From: an uncultured Alphaproteobacteria bacterium
GTDB taxonomy: Bacteria; Pseudomonadota; Alphaproteobacteria; RF32; CAG-239
DNA length: 64,000 nt
Assembly (NCBI GenBank): GCA_934255405.1
Contig: CAKQNT010000002.1
Span: 56,668 to 120,667, forward strand
Direction: 5' to 3'
Below the pieces are notes generated by a model. The model ran no database searches. It was not told the origin of the DNA and worked only from the letters and a program-made list of their open reading frames with translations. Positions 21,422 through 30,256 of this stretch are shown here, piece by piece. The stretch's first letter is position 1. Each line of letters opens with the position of its first letter. The translations under genes were made by a program, and so were the position numbers.

Positions 21422-21880
21422 ATGTTAGATGCCGAGAAATTGCAAAAGATGCGAGAAGATGGAGAGCTGACCGAAGCTGAGATGGTGGCACAAAAGAAAA
21501 GTCTGGCGGCGAAAATTTTGCGCAAAGAAGAGCGAATACCAGCCAAAAGCGGCATTGTTTATATTGCATTGGCTTTTTTCTTAGGAACATTGGGTTTGCA
21601 CAATTTTTATGCCGGATATTGGGGGAGAGGTTTGGCACAACTTTGCCTGAGTTTGATAGCTCCGTGGTTTTTGTATGTTCCGTTGCTGTTTGTGGCGGTG
21701 TGGGTGCTGTTAGAGTTGTTGTTTGTCGGTAAAACGGCAAAAGGTGTGCCGTTTTCCGGTAACAGAGCGGTTATTGCAGCATTGCGTATTGCAGCAGTTG
21801 TGACTCTGGCAATGGCTTTTTCGTGGACTTCGTTGGTAATAGAAGAGCCTGATTTTGAAGAAATTGTGATTAATGTGTAA
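21422..21880 (+). CDS. TM2-domain membrane protein with an N-terminal SHOCT-like segment
   Basis: LQKMREDGELTEAEMVAQKKSL followed by GIVYIALAFFLGTLGLHNFYAGYWGRGLAQL (TM2). Start at the ATG at 21422 behind GGGGAG. Confidence 0.65.
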   Translation: MLDAEKLQKMREDGELTEAEMVAQKKSLAAKILRKEERIPAKSGIVYIALAFFLGTLGLHNFYAGYWGRGLAQLCLSLIAPWFLYVPLLFVAVWVLLELLFVGKTAKGVPFSGNRAVIAALRIAAVVTLAMAFSWTSLVIEEPDFEEIVINV

Positions 21881-21953
21881 AAAAATGAAAAAAAATAAAA
21901 TTAGTTCTTGCATTTTTTTAAAGATATGCTATTAAGTATCTCGTTCTACCGAT

Positions 21954-22028
21954 GCGGGCGTAGCTCAGGGGTAGAGCGCAACCTTGCCAAGGTTGATGTC
22001 GAGGGTCCGAATCCCTTCGCCCGCTCCA
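21954..22028 (+). tRNA. tRNA-Gly (anticodon GCC) with encoded CCA
   Basis: Hand-folded 75-nt cloverleaf. Acceptor gcgggcg/cgcccgc, anticodon stem caacc/ggttg, loop ttGCCaa, discriminator U. The T-loop reads tccgaat, so position 55 is C. Confidence 0.88.
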
Positions 22029-22150
22029 ATTTGAAAGCCTTGATTTTCAAGGCTTTTTTGCTTTTAAAGACTGAAAAGTTTAGTCCGCTCCCAAAATTCA
22101 AAAGCATTATAAATCAAGCATTTACACTTAAACCTTCGTCAAAATAACGT

Positions 22151-22729
22151 ATGGAGGCCGTGATGCTTAAAAAGTGTGATGCAAACTGTGATGCAAAAGT
22201 ACCCCATTTGTGGTTGCGAAATAATATTTTTTACATTAGAGTTGAACTTGAACGTGTTAATGGCAAGCGAAGATACAAGCGCATATCGTTACACACAGAT
22301 AATTTTTTCGAAGCAAGAGAGAAATTACGTACTATGACAACTGATAAGAATTGGTCTTTTGATGAATTTCGTCGCCTTTTCAATAACTTAATCTTTGAAC
22401 AAGCTTCCGAACAAGGTGTGGGTACTGGTAATGTCGGTATGTTGTCACGGTTTCAAATGCAAAAAAGGTTATCCAAACGAAATAAGCGTGAAGATATTGA
22501 AAAATTAAATCTGTTGGGAAACATAGCTATGCAATCCAATCAGATGAATTTAAGCCAAGAAGACCGGCTGTTGATAAAGCAATTTGTTGAGATGCGACCA
22601 ATGTTTGAGGCATTTTTAGCTAATCAACCGACATCTTCAAAGCCTACATCAGCTCCATCGCGTAAAATATCTGATGTTTTGGATATGATGCTATTGAAGG
22701 CCAACAACTGCGACGATGAAAAACTATGA
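22151..22729 (+). pseudogene. Tyrosine-integrase N-terminal remnant (catalytic domain missing)
   Basis: HLWLRNNIFYIRVELERVNGKRRYKRISLHTDNFFEAREKL resembles the arm-binding N-terminus of tRNA-targeting integrases. The ORF stops after 192 aa and no R..HxxR..Y catalytic domain follows. Confidence 0.5.
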
Positions 22730-23098
22730 TAAAACCGGTCAGAATTCAAGCTATGCTAAGACATCTCATTACTCAGTTTGGAATGCTCTTTGTAGATTTA
22801 AGGAATTTTTAGCTGAATTAGATGTCGAGAGTGCTAATTAAGAATATTCATAAATACAGAAGCTTATTTTTTAACCCCATAACAACGATTTGAAGTCCGG
22901 TATATATTTTATTACAAAATTCAAAATCGCTTGTTATGGGGGTGTTTATGGACTAATTAAACAAATGTTTTATATATTTCTATCAATACAGTTTTCTTAA
23001 ATTTTTTAATTGGGCAATTAGTGCACATAATCTTGCGATTTTTACAATTAAATCCTAAGTATAAAATATAATAAATCTGTCTTTATATTGAGGTTAAG

Positions 23099-23884
23099 AT
23101 GCATTATACCACTTACGAAAGTTATGATAGACCTTATATTCGCCCTTGTCCTATGAAGGATAAGAAACTTTATTTCAGAGATATTTTAATCTTGGAAAAG
23201 ATTATGTTTGAGCAAGATAAAACATATCCTTATAATGAATTTTTACATGAATAGGCTCAATTACTTATAAATTCAATGCATTTGTTTGAAGCGGGATATT
23301 TTGATTGTGCATATTATTCCTTGCGACAAGCCATTGAAATGGCAGTGTTAATTTTATACTTTGTAGATTTACCAGACATAAATGCAAAAGAAAAATGGCA
23401 ACAATGGGTACAACAACAATCATTTCCAACTAGTGGCCAGATGTTAAATGAATTAAAACAAAAAGGTGAAAAATATAAAGAAATGTGTGCTGCATTTCCG
23501 GAGTTTCTATCAGAGTTGAAAAAATTACAAGGAATTTTGAATAAATTGGTCCACAAGCAAGGATTTTTCTATCTATATACAGTTCATGGAAATTCAATGA
23601 TTATTCCGGACAAAGAACAAAACCATTTTATTTTAGACTTTCCTGAATATTTGGAAAAAACAATTCGTATTATTGCTATGATTAGAGTTTTTATAGATCC
23701 ATATCCATTGTTATTGGCAGATTATAATATTGCAAAAAAGTCTTTTTGTTTAACCACACCATATCCAGAGGAGTTTATAAATAAATATCTTGGTGCTGCT
23801 TTTGTTGAAAGATATAAGCAAACTAGCCTTTATCAAAAATATTATAATGAGTGTATAAATAAACAAGTTGTAAGAGTCTCTTAA
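23099..23884 (+). pseudogene. Orphan island gene interrupted by an in-frame TAG (51 codons, amber, 210 codons)
   Basis: The ATG at 23099 has GAGG 6 nt upstream. TAG at 23252-23254 is in the same frame as the track ORF 23276..23884. The helix FEAGYFDCAYYSLRQAIEMAV is loosely HEPN-like, but the Rx4-6H motif is not intact (LNKLVH). Confidence 0.45.
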
Positions 23885-23982
23885 CTAAATTTGGAATATA
23901 TGGACTAAATTTATTATAACTTGACTTCTTATTAAATATATTAGTATATACTTTATATGTTGAGATTTAGAAGAGTCATGAT

Positions 23983-26170
23983 ATGTCTTTTGATTTTAAA
24001 ATAAGAATTAAAAATATTGGTCCCTTAAAAAATGTAGATTACCAAGATAATTTTTCTACGAATAAAACAGTCATTTATGCGAAAAATGGTTCTGGTAAAT
24101 CTTTTTTTAGTAAAGCTTTGCAGAAGATAGCTAGCAATGACACATCTGCTCATGACAAATTAATATCTTTCGGTCAGGCGAGAAGTAGTTTTGAATTAAC
24201 TATAGATCAGCAAGTAACACAAATTAATTTAATCAGAGGACAATCTTCCACTATAAGCAATCCAAAGTACATTTTTCATGTTTTTAATTCTGATTATGTG
24301 AAGGATAACATCGAAAAAAGAGGTTATTCTCCTTTAGATAAAAATAGTCGAAGTGGGTATATATTAGGTAAAGAACGAATTGATTTATCCAAAGAAAAAA
24401 AACGAATTAGCAGAGTTGGATGCTAGTTTAAGTAGTTTAAAAATAGAATTACAAGGAAAAATCTCTGGAAATTTATCTGCATACAATAAAAAGTTTGCTT
24501 TAGGAAAATTTACTTCTTTTAAAAATATATTATCAAAAAAAATAGATAATCTGCCTATTTTTGAACCTAAAGACGTAACGGATGAAATATTAGCACTTAG
24601 TACAAAATTTGAAAAAGTGAAAAATTTTCCCGAAGACTTCACTGACATACAATTACTACCAAAATATTCTGTACCATGTGAATTAAAAAAGATACAAGAT
24701 AAATTGAAAAGTCCAGTTTCTAAAGTTAAGTTAGAAGGAAATCTCGAAGAATATATAAATAATAACATAGATTTTATTACAAGGGGTATTTCCATTAAAA
24801 AAGGGGATATTTGTCCTTTTTGCCATCAAGAAATTTCTCAAAATGCTCAAAAAATAATTATATCATATACTAACTTTTTGCAATCACAAGAAAATGCAAC
24901 GATGAATTTTTGTAAATCAATGGAAAAATTATTGGAGAGTTATGTCGAAAACTTAGGAAATATTGCTAATAGTTTAGAAAGAGCAAAGGAAACATATAAC
25001 TTAATAAAAGGTGACTTAATAAATTTCAAAGTGAAATGGCATGATATGAACTCATTAAGTAATTTGATTAATGTTACTATTAAACTTTTAGAAAATTTAC
25101 GCAAAAAATATCAAGATGTAACACAAGAAGTTAATATAGATGATGAAATCGTACAATTTGATAATGCTTTCGCTCAGTTAGATAATGATATAGACCTTAA
25201 TAACGAAGAAATTAAGAAGATTAATCAGAAAAAAAATGATATGAGTTCTGAACTCAAGAAACTTAAAGAGCAATTGATAAGAAATATAGAAATAGAATTA
25301 TTTAAAAATGAAAGTGTATTGGATTATGTAAAAAAGAAAAATCAAAGAGAAAAGCTTTCTGTATTGATAGAAGAAAAAGAGGCAAATACAAAAATTCATA
25401 GAGAAGGGAAAATACAACAAACACTGAAATATTTTCTTAATTTCTTTTTCCAAGATAAATATACATTATCAGATGATTTTATAATTAGTTTTGATCATTA
25501 TGATATCACTAACGATTTAGAACATGTTTTGAGCGATGGGGAAAAAACAATAATAGCCTTTTGTCATTACCTAGCTGAAACACATACTCTTATAAAAAAT
25601 ATTGATGATTACCAAAGAGTATTTTTCATAATAGATGACCCCATCTCCAGTTTAGATTCTGATTACATTTTTTCAATGATACAACTTATCCGACATATGA
25701 ATGAATATTTTTCAATATCCCATGATAAATATATAATATTGACACATAATATTGAGTTTATGAGTTTATTGAAAAGAAATAATATCTGTTCCAATTATTT
25801 AGAATTAACCGATGGATTGTTTCATAAGATAATAGACAATAGATTTAATATCCCATATGTTTCGCATCTCTCAGATTTATATAAAATATATAATGGATTA
25901 TCTGAACCTTGTCATACTACTCTTAACAGTATGAGACAGGTGTTAGAAGGTATACGTACATTTATGTCTCCATCTAAAACACTAGAAGAGTTTATAAAAG
26001 GGACGCCAGAATTAAAAGATACTGAACTGTATTCTAGAATTCAAGATGGTTCACATGGGGATATTTTCTTGGGACAAACAATCAATAATTTGGAAATAAA
26101 AGCATTAGTAAAGTGTATAATTGAATATATTAGAAAATCATCATTTACAGATCAATTAAACCAACTTTAA
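23983..26170 (+). pseudogene. RloC/PrrC-like AAA_13 ATPase (candidate anticodon nuclease), split by a +1 frame change in an A8 tract
   Basis: Motifs seen, in order:
- Walker A AKNGSGKS
- Long Lys/Glu/Asn-rich helical insert with ICPFCHQ (CxxC)
- LSDGEKTIIAF
- Walker B VFFIIDDPISSLD
- ILTHN
- C-terminal MRQVLEGIRTF...QDGSHGD (R-x3-E...H)

The two track ORFs overlap at 24380-24426, and A8 lies at 24395-24402. Confidence 0.7.
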
Positions 26171-26195
26171 CTGGGCGTTTTAAGTATATCTTGTT

Positions 26196-26966
26196 TTATG
26201 CAACCATATTATACTCTCCCCAATTTATATCAAAAAGCAGATTAGAAGGTTGAATACGCGCTCTCCAATCCGCCTTACTAAAAGGATTGATACTCTTTAA
26301 GCAATAATAAATAACACCGTAGTAATCAGAGCCACAATGATAAATATCTTCTAAACAACATATACTCCTGTCTAATCTTAAATCATCACAAGTCTTTTCT
26401 AATGCAACTTTAATAGCGTTAGTATCATATTTTTGGGTACTGATTAAAATATGAAAGTGATATGTGTAACAGTTTTTATCACCAAATTCGGCAAAAGAGA
26501 AAAAGTGAACGTGTTTCTTTTTCCAATGAGTACCGGCAATATTACGTTCAAACTGTTGCATAAAATGTTTAAGGTAAAAAGTTGCTGTTTCTAAATTACA
26601 GCTTCTCATACTTGGAGGAAAGTGTATCGTTAGAAAATGCGTTGGATGTGTGCCTGCTACCCAATCATATATCTTACGTAGTCTCTTTTCATAAGGATTG
26701 TTTAAATCATGAGGATAGGATTTTTTTATTTTTGGTTGTTTTAATATATCAGTGTCGCAAGTATTTGAGCAGCCATCATTGCCGTCAGAGCTAACACAAA
26801 GCGATGGATTATCTTCAAGAGTATCATTATCATTTTTATCTCCTTGATGTTGTTTATATTTAGCAATTAGTAAAATTTTATGATTTTTTATTTGTTCTTG
26901 ATATTGTCGTATTCTCTGTAATATCTGTTTTATTGTTTTTCTCATATTAGTTATTCCCATAAACAT
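26196..26966 (-). CDS. HUH-type rolling-circle Rep-like protein
   Basis: Ordered motifs HFLTIHF (FLTLT-like), YHFHILIS (HUH) and VIYYCLKS (YxxK). 256 aa. Confidence 0.5.
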   Translation of the reverse strand: MFMGITNMRKTIKQILQRIRQYQEQIKNHKILLIAKYKQHQGDKNDNDTLEDNPSLCVSSDGNDGCSNTCDTDILKQPKIKKSYPHDLNNPYEKRLRKIYDWVAGTHPTHFLTIHFPPSMRSCNLETATFYLKHFMQQFERNIAGTHWKKKHVHFFSFAEFGDKNCYTYHFHILISTQKYDTNAIKVALEKTCDDLRLDRSICCLEDIYHCGSDYYGVIYYCLKSINPFSKADWRARIQPSNLLFDINWGEYNMVA

Positions 26967-27250
26967 TAATCTTTATATTTTACTACTTGACAGCTTCTAT
27001 CGATGTTATCTCCTCGCTGCTCAATAGATAAAGTTGCTCGAATGGCGACATGTTTGACTAAATCGCCTTATTGTGCTTGATAACAAAGGCTTTTGACTTG
27101 ATACTAAGCATCAAATTTTATGACCTTCTGATTCATAGAACACGAAAATTTGAGTGACTCATAATGTGTGAATTTTTAAAAATGAAAAAATTTTGGAATC
27201 ATTTAAGGATAAAATGCGTTATTAGCTGTATGAACGGAATAGCTTATTTT

Positions 27251-27279
27251 GATTAACTATTTTCCGCAGATAGTTAATC
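27251..27279. repeat. Perfect 10-bp inverted repeat upstream of the Rep-like gene
   Basis: gattaactat-tttccgcag-atagttaatc. Confidence 0.6.
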
Positions 27280-27403
27280 AATCCTACTATGAAAGCAGAC
27301 CCTTAAAATACAACACGCGCGTAATGAAGGCCTAAAATAGGCTATTTTTAGTAATTTATCAGTCTTTTTTCTTATATGATGTTGCAAAAAATTAAAAAAT
27401 CAT

Positions 27404-27455
27404 TTGACTAATCGTAACAAAAATGTTACGATTCAGCTATAAAAATGTTACGATT
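27404..27455 (+). promoter_or_regulatory. Candidate promoter with an operator palindrome for the HTH-Fic gene
   Basis: TTGACT at 27404-27409. The palindrome aatcgtaaca-aaaa-tgttacgatt at 27410-27433 fills the spacer and -10 region. A third half-site tgttacgatt lies at 27446-27455. Confidence 0.45.
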
Positions 27456-27465
27456 GGAGCAAAAT

Positions 27466-28509
27466 ATGTATAATAAACGTCAGGAACTGATTTTGGATTT
27501 TATCAAAGATAATCCGATGTGCAAGCGGGAAGATATTGAAAAATTTTTATCCGCGATGAATCAAGATGTTACGAAAATGACCATAACTCGTGACTTAAAA
27601 ATGTTGATAAATGACGGGTTGGTTGAAAAGTTCGGTTCAGCAAAGGCTACGGTCTATAAAGCTTTAAAACGTCTTGATGTTTTGGGAAAGATAGACGTTG
27701 AAACATACTTTATGCATGATCAGGATGAACGTGCACCTCAGGATATTCATTTTAACTTTGATATATATGCCGGTTTGAAAAATCTTTTGAATGATAAGGA
27801 AAAGGCAGAGCTTAAAGAGTTAAACGAAACATATTTAAGCAAAAAATCCGGACTTTCCCCGAAGTTATTACAAAAAGAATTTGAGCGTTTGACGGTTGAA
27901 CTCGCCTGGAAATCATCGAAAATCGAAGGTAATACCTATACTTTACTCGATACAGAGCGCTTGTTAAAGGAGCATGTGTCAGCCAAAGGTAAGACATTGG
28001 AAGAAACCAATATGGTGTTAAACCATAAAAAAGCTTTGGATTTTGTATTAAAAGCTCCGGAGCAGTATAAACAGCTTAATATTACGAAAATCGAAGACAT
28101 CCACCGCTTACTCGTTTCTGATTTGAATGTCACAACCGGAATTCGTAACGGCAAGGTCGGAATCGTCGGAACAAATTACAAACCGTTGGACAATGCTTAT
28201 CAAATTAAAGATGCGTTACAAGCTTTGATTGAAGTGATTAACCGGACGGAAAACCCGATTGAAAAAGCTTTAATCGCAGTTTTAATGATTGCTTATATTC
28301 AGCCTTTTGAAGATGGTAACAAACGCACATCTCGTATTTTAGGCAATGCATTGTTGTTGGCCAATGACTACTGTCCGTTGTCATATCGTAGCGTTGATGA
28401 AGTTGAGTATAAAAAAGCAATCATTATGTTTTATGAGCAAAATAACGCGACGTACTTCAAAAAGCTGTTCTTGGATCAATATAAACAGGCTGTAAAGAAA
28501 TATTTTTAA
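27466..28509 (+). CDS. Winged-HTH plus Fic-domain protein with a degenerate Fic motif
   Basis: The N-terminus is DeoR-like (KREDIEKFL...MTITRDLKMLINDGLVEK). The Fic motif reads IQPFEDGNKRTSRILG instead of HPFxDGNGRxxR. Start at the ATG at 27466 behind GGAG. Confidence 0.8.
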   Translation: MYNKRQELILDFIKDNPMCKREDIEKFLSAMNQDVTKMTITRDLKMLINDGLVEKFGSAKATVYKALKRLDVLGKIDVETYFMHDQDERAPQDIHFNFDIYAGLKNLLNDKEKAELKELNETYLSKKSGLSPKLLQKEFERLTVELAWKSSKIEGNTYTLLDTERLLKEHVSAKGKTLEETNMVLNHKKALDFVLKAPEQYKQLNITKIEDIHRLLVSDLNVTTGIRNGKVGIVGTNYKPLDNAYQIKDALQALIEVINRTENPIEKALIAVLMIAYIQPFEDGNKRTSRILGNALLLANDYCPLSYRSVDEVEYKKAIIMFYEQNNATYFKKLFLDQYKQAVKKYF

Positions 28510-28643
28510 GCTTGAATTATGATTTAATTCGGTTTCGACCGGTTTTTATTCGTCTGATGTGTTCTTATATTTGTGGGCACGTCATAATGAAAAAGGTGCC
28601 GATACCCGAAAATACCGACACCTTATGCTAATTCATGTCATAA

Positions 28644-29741
28644 TTAGTCAAAGAGACCTCTCATTATGGCGAGCACGTGCAGCGGAGCAAAGCACTCACC
28701 AAACGCATCACGAATCAGCTTATCACTTGCCCACTCGGGAATGGGATAATCGTCCGGCAATCCAGTTACACGCAATAATTCAAGTACCGTCAAAGGTCTT
28801 GCATCACTGTATGTCCCGTCTGGAAGCAGTCTTCCCGGATGACAATTGCAAAAGCCTGAAACTCCCTTAGAGTCGCAGAGTATCGTATTGCATGGTTCAT
28901 CCCATGCTTTACGTTGAAAACTGCAACGAAATCGGGCTTTACTCGGACTGCCGTCAACGTTAACAGGCTTCCAAACCAAGTTGTCATGAGCAGAACAACC
29001 GGTTGGCGTATGTTTCATAACCTCGATTTGAGGTAATGCCCACATAGGTGCAACGTGATACTTCAGATTACTTCTTTGCCCACATTCAAGCGATGGAAGG
29101 TCTCCGATGGCATCTTGCAGGGTAAGAACTTCATCAAAAGGCTTAGGCAACTCCCATGCTTTAGCTTTACGAGCTAAAATGACAGCTCTTCTGCGGTTTT
29201 GAGGAACGAAAAAATTTGCTGCATTTTGTACACCATGATGTACGATGTAGCCCATTTTTCTAAGTTCTTCAACGATGTATTCTCCAACGATACGACCGTC
29301 ATCCAGTTTAACTGTTAACATCTGTGGAACATTCTCAATGAGAATCCACTCAGGAACTGTGTACTTGATAAACTCAAGCGTCGGCTCAAAGAGATGTCCA
29401 CGCTTATCAGACGGGTTACGCCTAGAATTCGACAAAGTATAACTTTGACACGGAGGACTAGCCATCTCTCCAGTACAACCTTTTTCTTTATGCAGTCGTA
29501 CGAGCTTTTTGAAAGTCTTTTTCTCCAAAATATCTCCGCATACTACATCGCATTCTGGATAAATTTCTTTAGCCCATTTAGCTCTTTGAGGTACAATTTC
29601 ATTGCCTACAGCACAGACTAAGCCTACGTTGTCTTTCAAATAGTATTCACCAATACCACACGATTTAAACAGTGAGGTATAATATATCGGTTCTTTCGGT
29701 TTTTTGAAATCCCCGATTATTCTCTTTATATAATTTTGCAT
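28644..29741 (-). CDS. dcm: DNA (cytosine-5)-methyltransferase
   Basis: Motif I LFKSCGIGEY, motif IV SPPCQSYT, motif VI ILIENVPQM, motif VIII VPQNRRRAVILA. Start chosen at MQNYIKR (29741) behind GGAG. Confidence 0.88.
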   Translation of the reverse strand: MQNYIKRIIGDFKKPKEPIYYTSLFKSCGIGEYYLKDNVGLVCAVGNEIVPQRAKWAKEIYPECDVVCGDILEKKTFKKLVRLHKEKGCTGEMASPPCQSYTLSNSRRNPSDKRGHLFEPTLEFIKYTVPEWILIENVPQMLTVKLDDGRIVGEYIVEELRKMGYIVHHGVQNAANFFVPQNRRRAVILARKAKAWELPKPFDEVLTLQDAIGDLPSLECGQRSNLKYHVAPMWALPQIEVMKHTPTGCSAHDNLVWKPVNVDGSPSKARFRCSFQRKAWDEPCNTILCDSKGVSGFCNCHPGRLLPDGTYSDARPLTVLELLRVTGLPDDYPIPEWASDKLIRDAFGECFAPLHVLAIMRGLFD

Positions 29742-30104
29742 ATTGCAAAAACTCCATAAAATATTATTTTTATAAAAATTAGAGTTGGGTATCCTCATAC
29801 CCGCAGAGCAAATTTTTTTGCTCTTATAAGGAGGAACTGTTTAAAATCAGGGCTTTTAAAATTTTTTTTAAAAATTTGGTATGTATATAGATTAACCATT
29901 TGAATCTACGAAAGAAAAAATTACATTTTTAAAACCATATTTTTTGCACGACGTTGAATAAAAACGTGTACATTTTGTAAAATTCGCCTTATAATATATT
30001 TAAAGATTTAAGTGCGATGCATACTGTGATGCTTTTGGTTGAAATCAGAGGTAAGCAAAATGCAAAAGCAAGTAAAATCAATACTTTTATAAAAAATGGA
30101 GTGG

Positions 30105-30152
30105 ATCCCTTCGCCCGCTCCATTTTTAAGCCTCCTTTAGGGAGGCTTTTTT
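30105..30152 (+). repeat. attR of island A (tRNA 3'-end copy) fused to a 40-nt direct repeat containing a terminator hairpin
   Basis: atcccttcgcccgctcca equals the tRNA-Gly 3' end. 30113-30152 (gcccgctccatttttaagcctcctttagggaggctttttt) is identical to 30964-31003. Confidence 0.75.
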
Positions 30153-30256
30153 TGTATTGTTTAAAGTTTGATTGATGCTTATCGGTCAAACAAAAAACCA
30201 TTGCCAATGATTAAATTAGCAATGGTTTTTTTATGATTATAAGTTGTAACTAAGCA

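Larger units (their letters stand above)
22029..30122 (+). mobile_element. Integrated genomic island at tRNA-Gly (island A), probably immobilised
   Basis: An integrase remnant lies next to the tRNA. The 18-nt tRNA 3' end atcccttcgcccgctcca is repeated directly at 30105-30122. The sequence is visibly more AT-rich than the flanks, and the cargo consists of defence and mobility-type genes. Confidence 0.65.

Noticed and set aside
21908-22147. 79-aa plus-strand ORF spanning tRNA-Gly.
   Set aside because: It reads straight through a canonical tRNA cloverleaf and its terminator, so it is an artefact of ORF calling.
28559-28870. 103-aa plus-strand ORF overlapping the 3' end of dcm, considered as a possible small restriction, control or Vsr-like partner.
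   Set aside because: It lies antisense to conserved methyltransferase sequence. It has a GTG/TTG-type start, no ribosome-binding site, and a His/Arg-rich product with no nuclease motifs.
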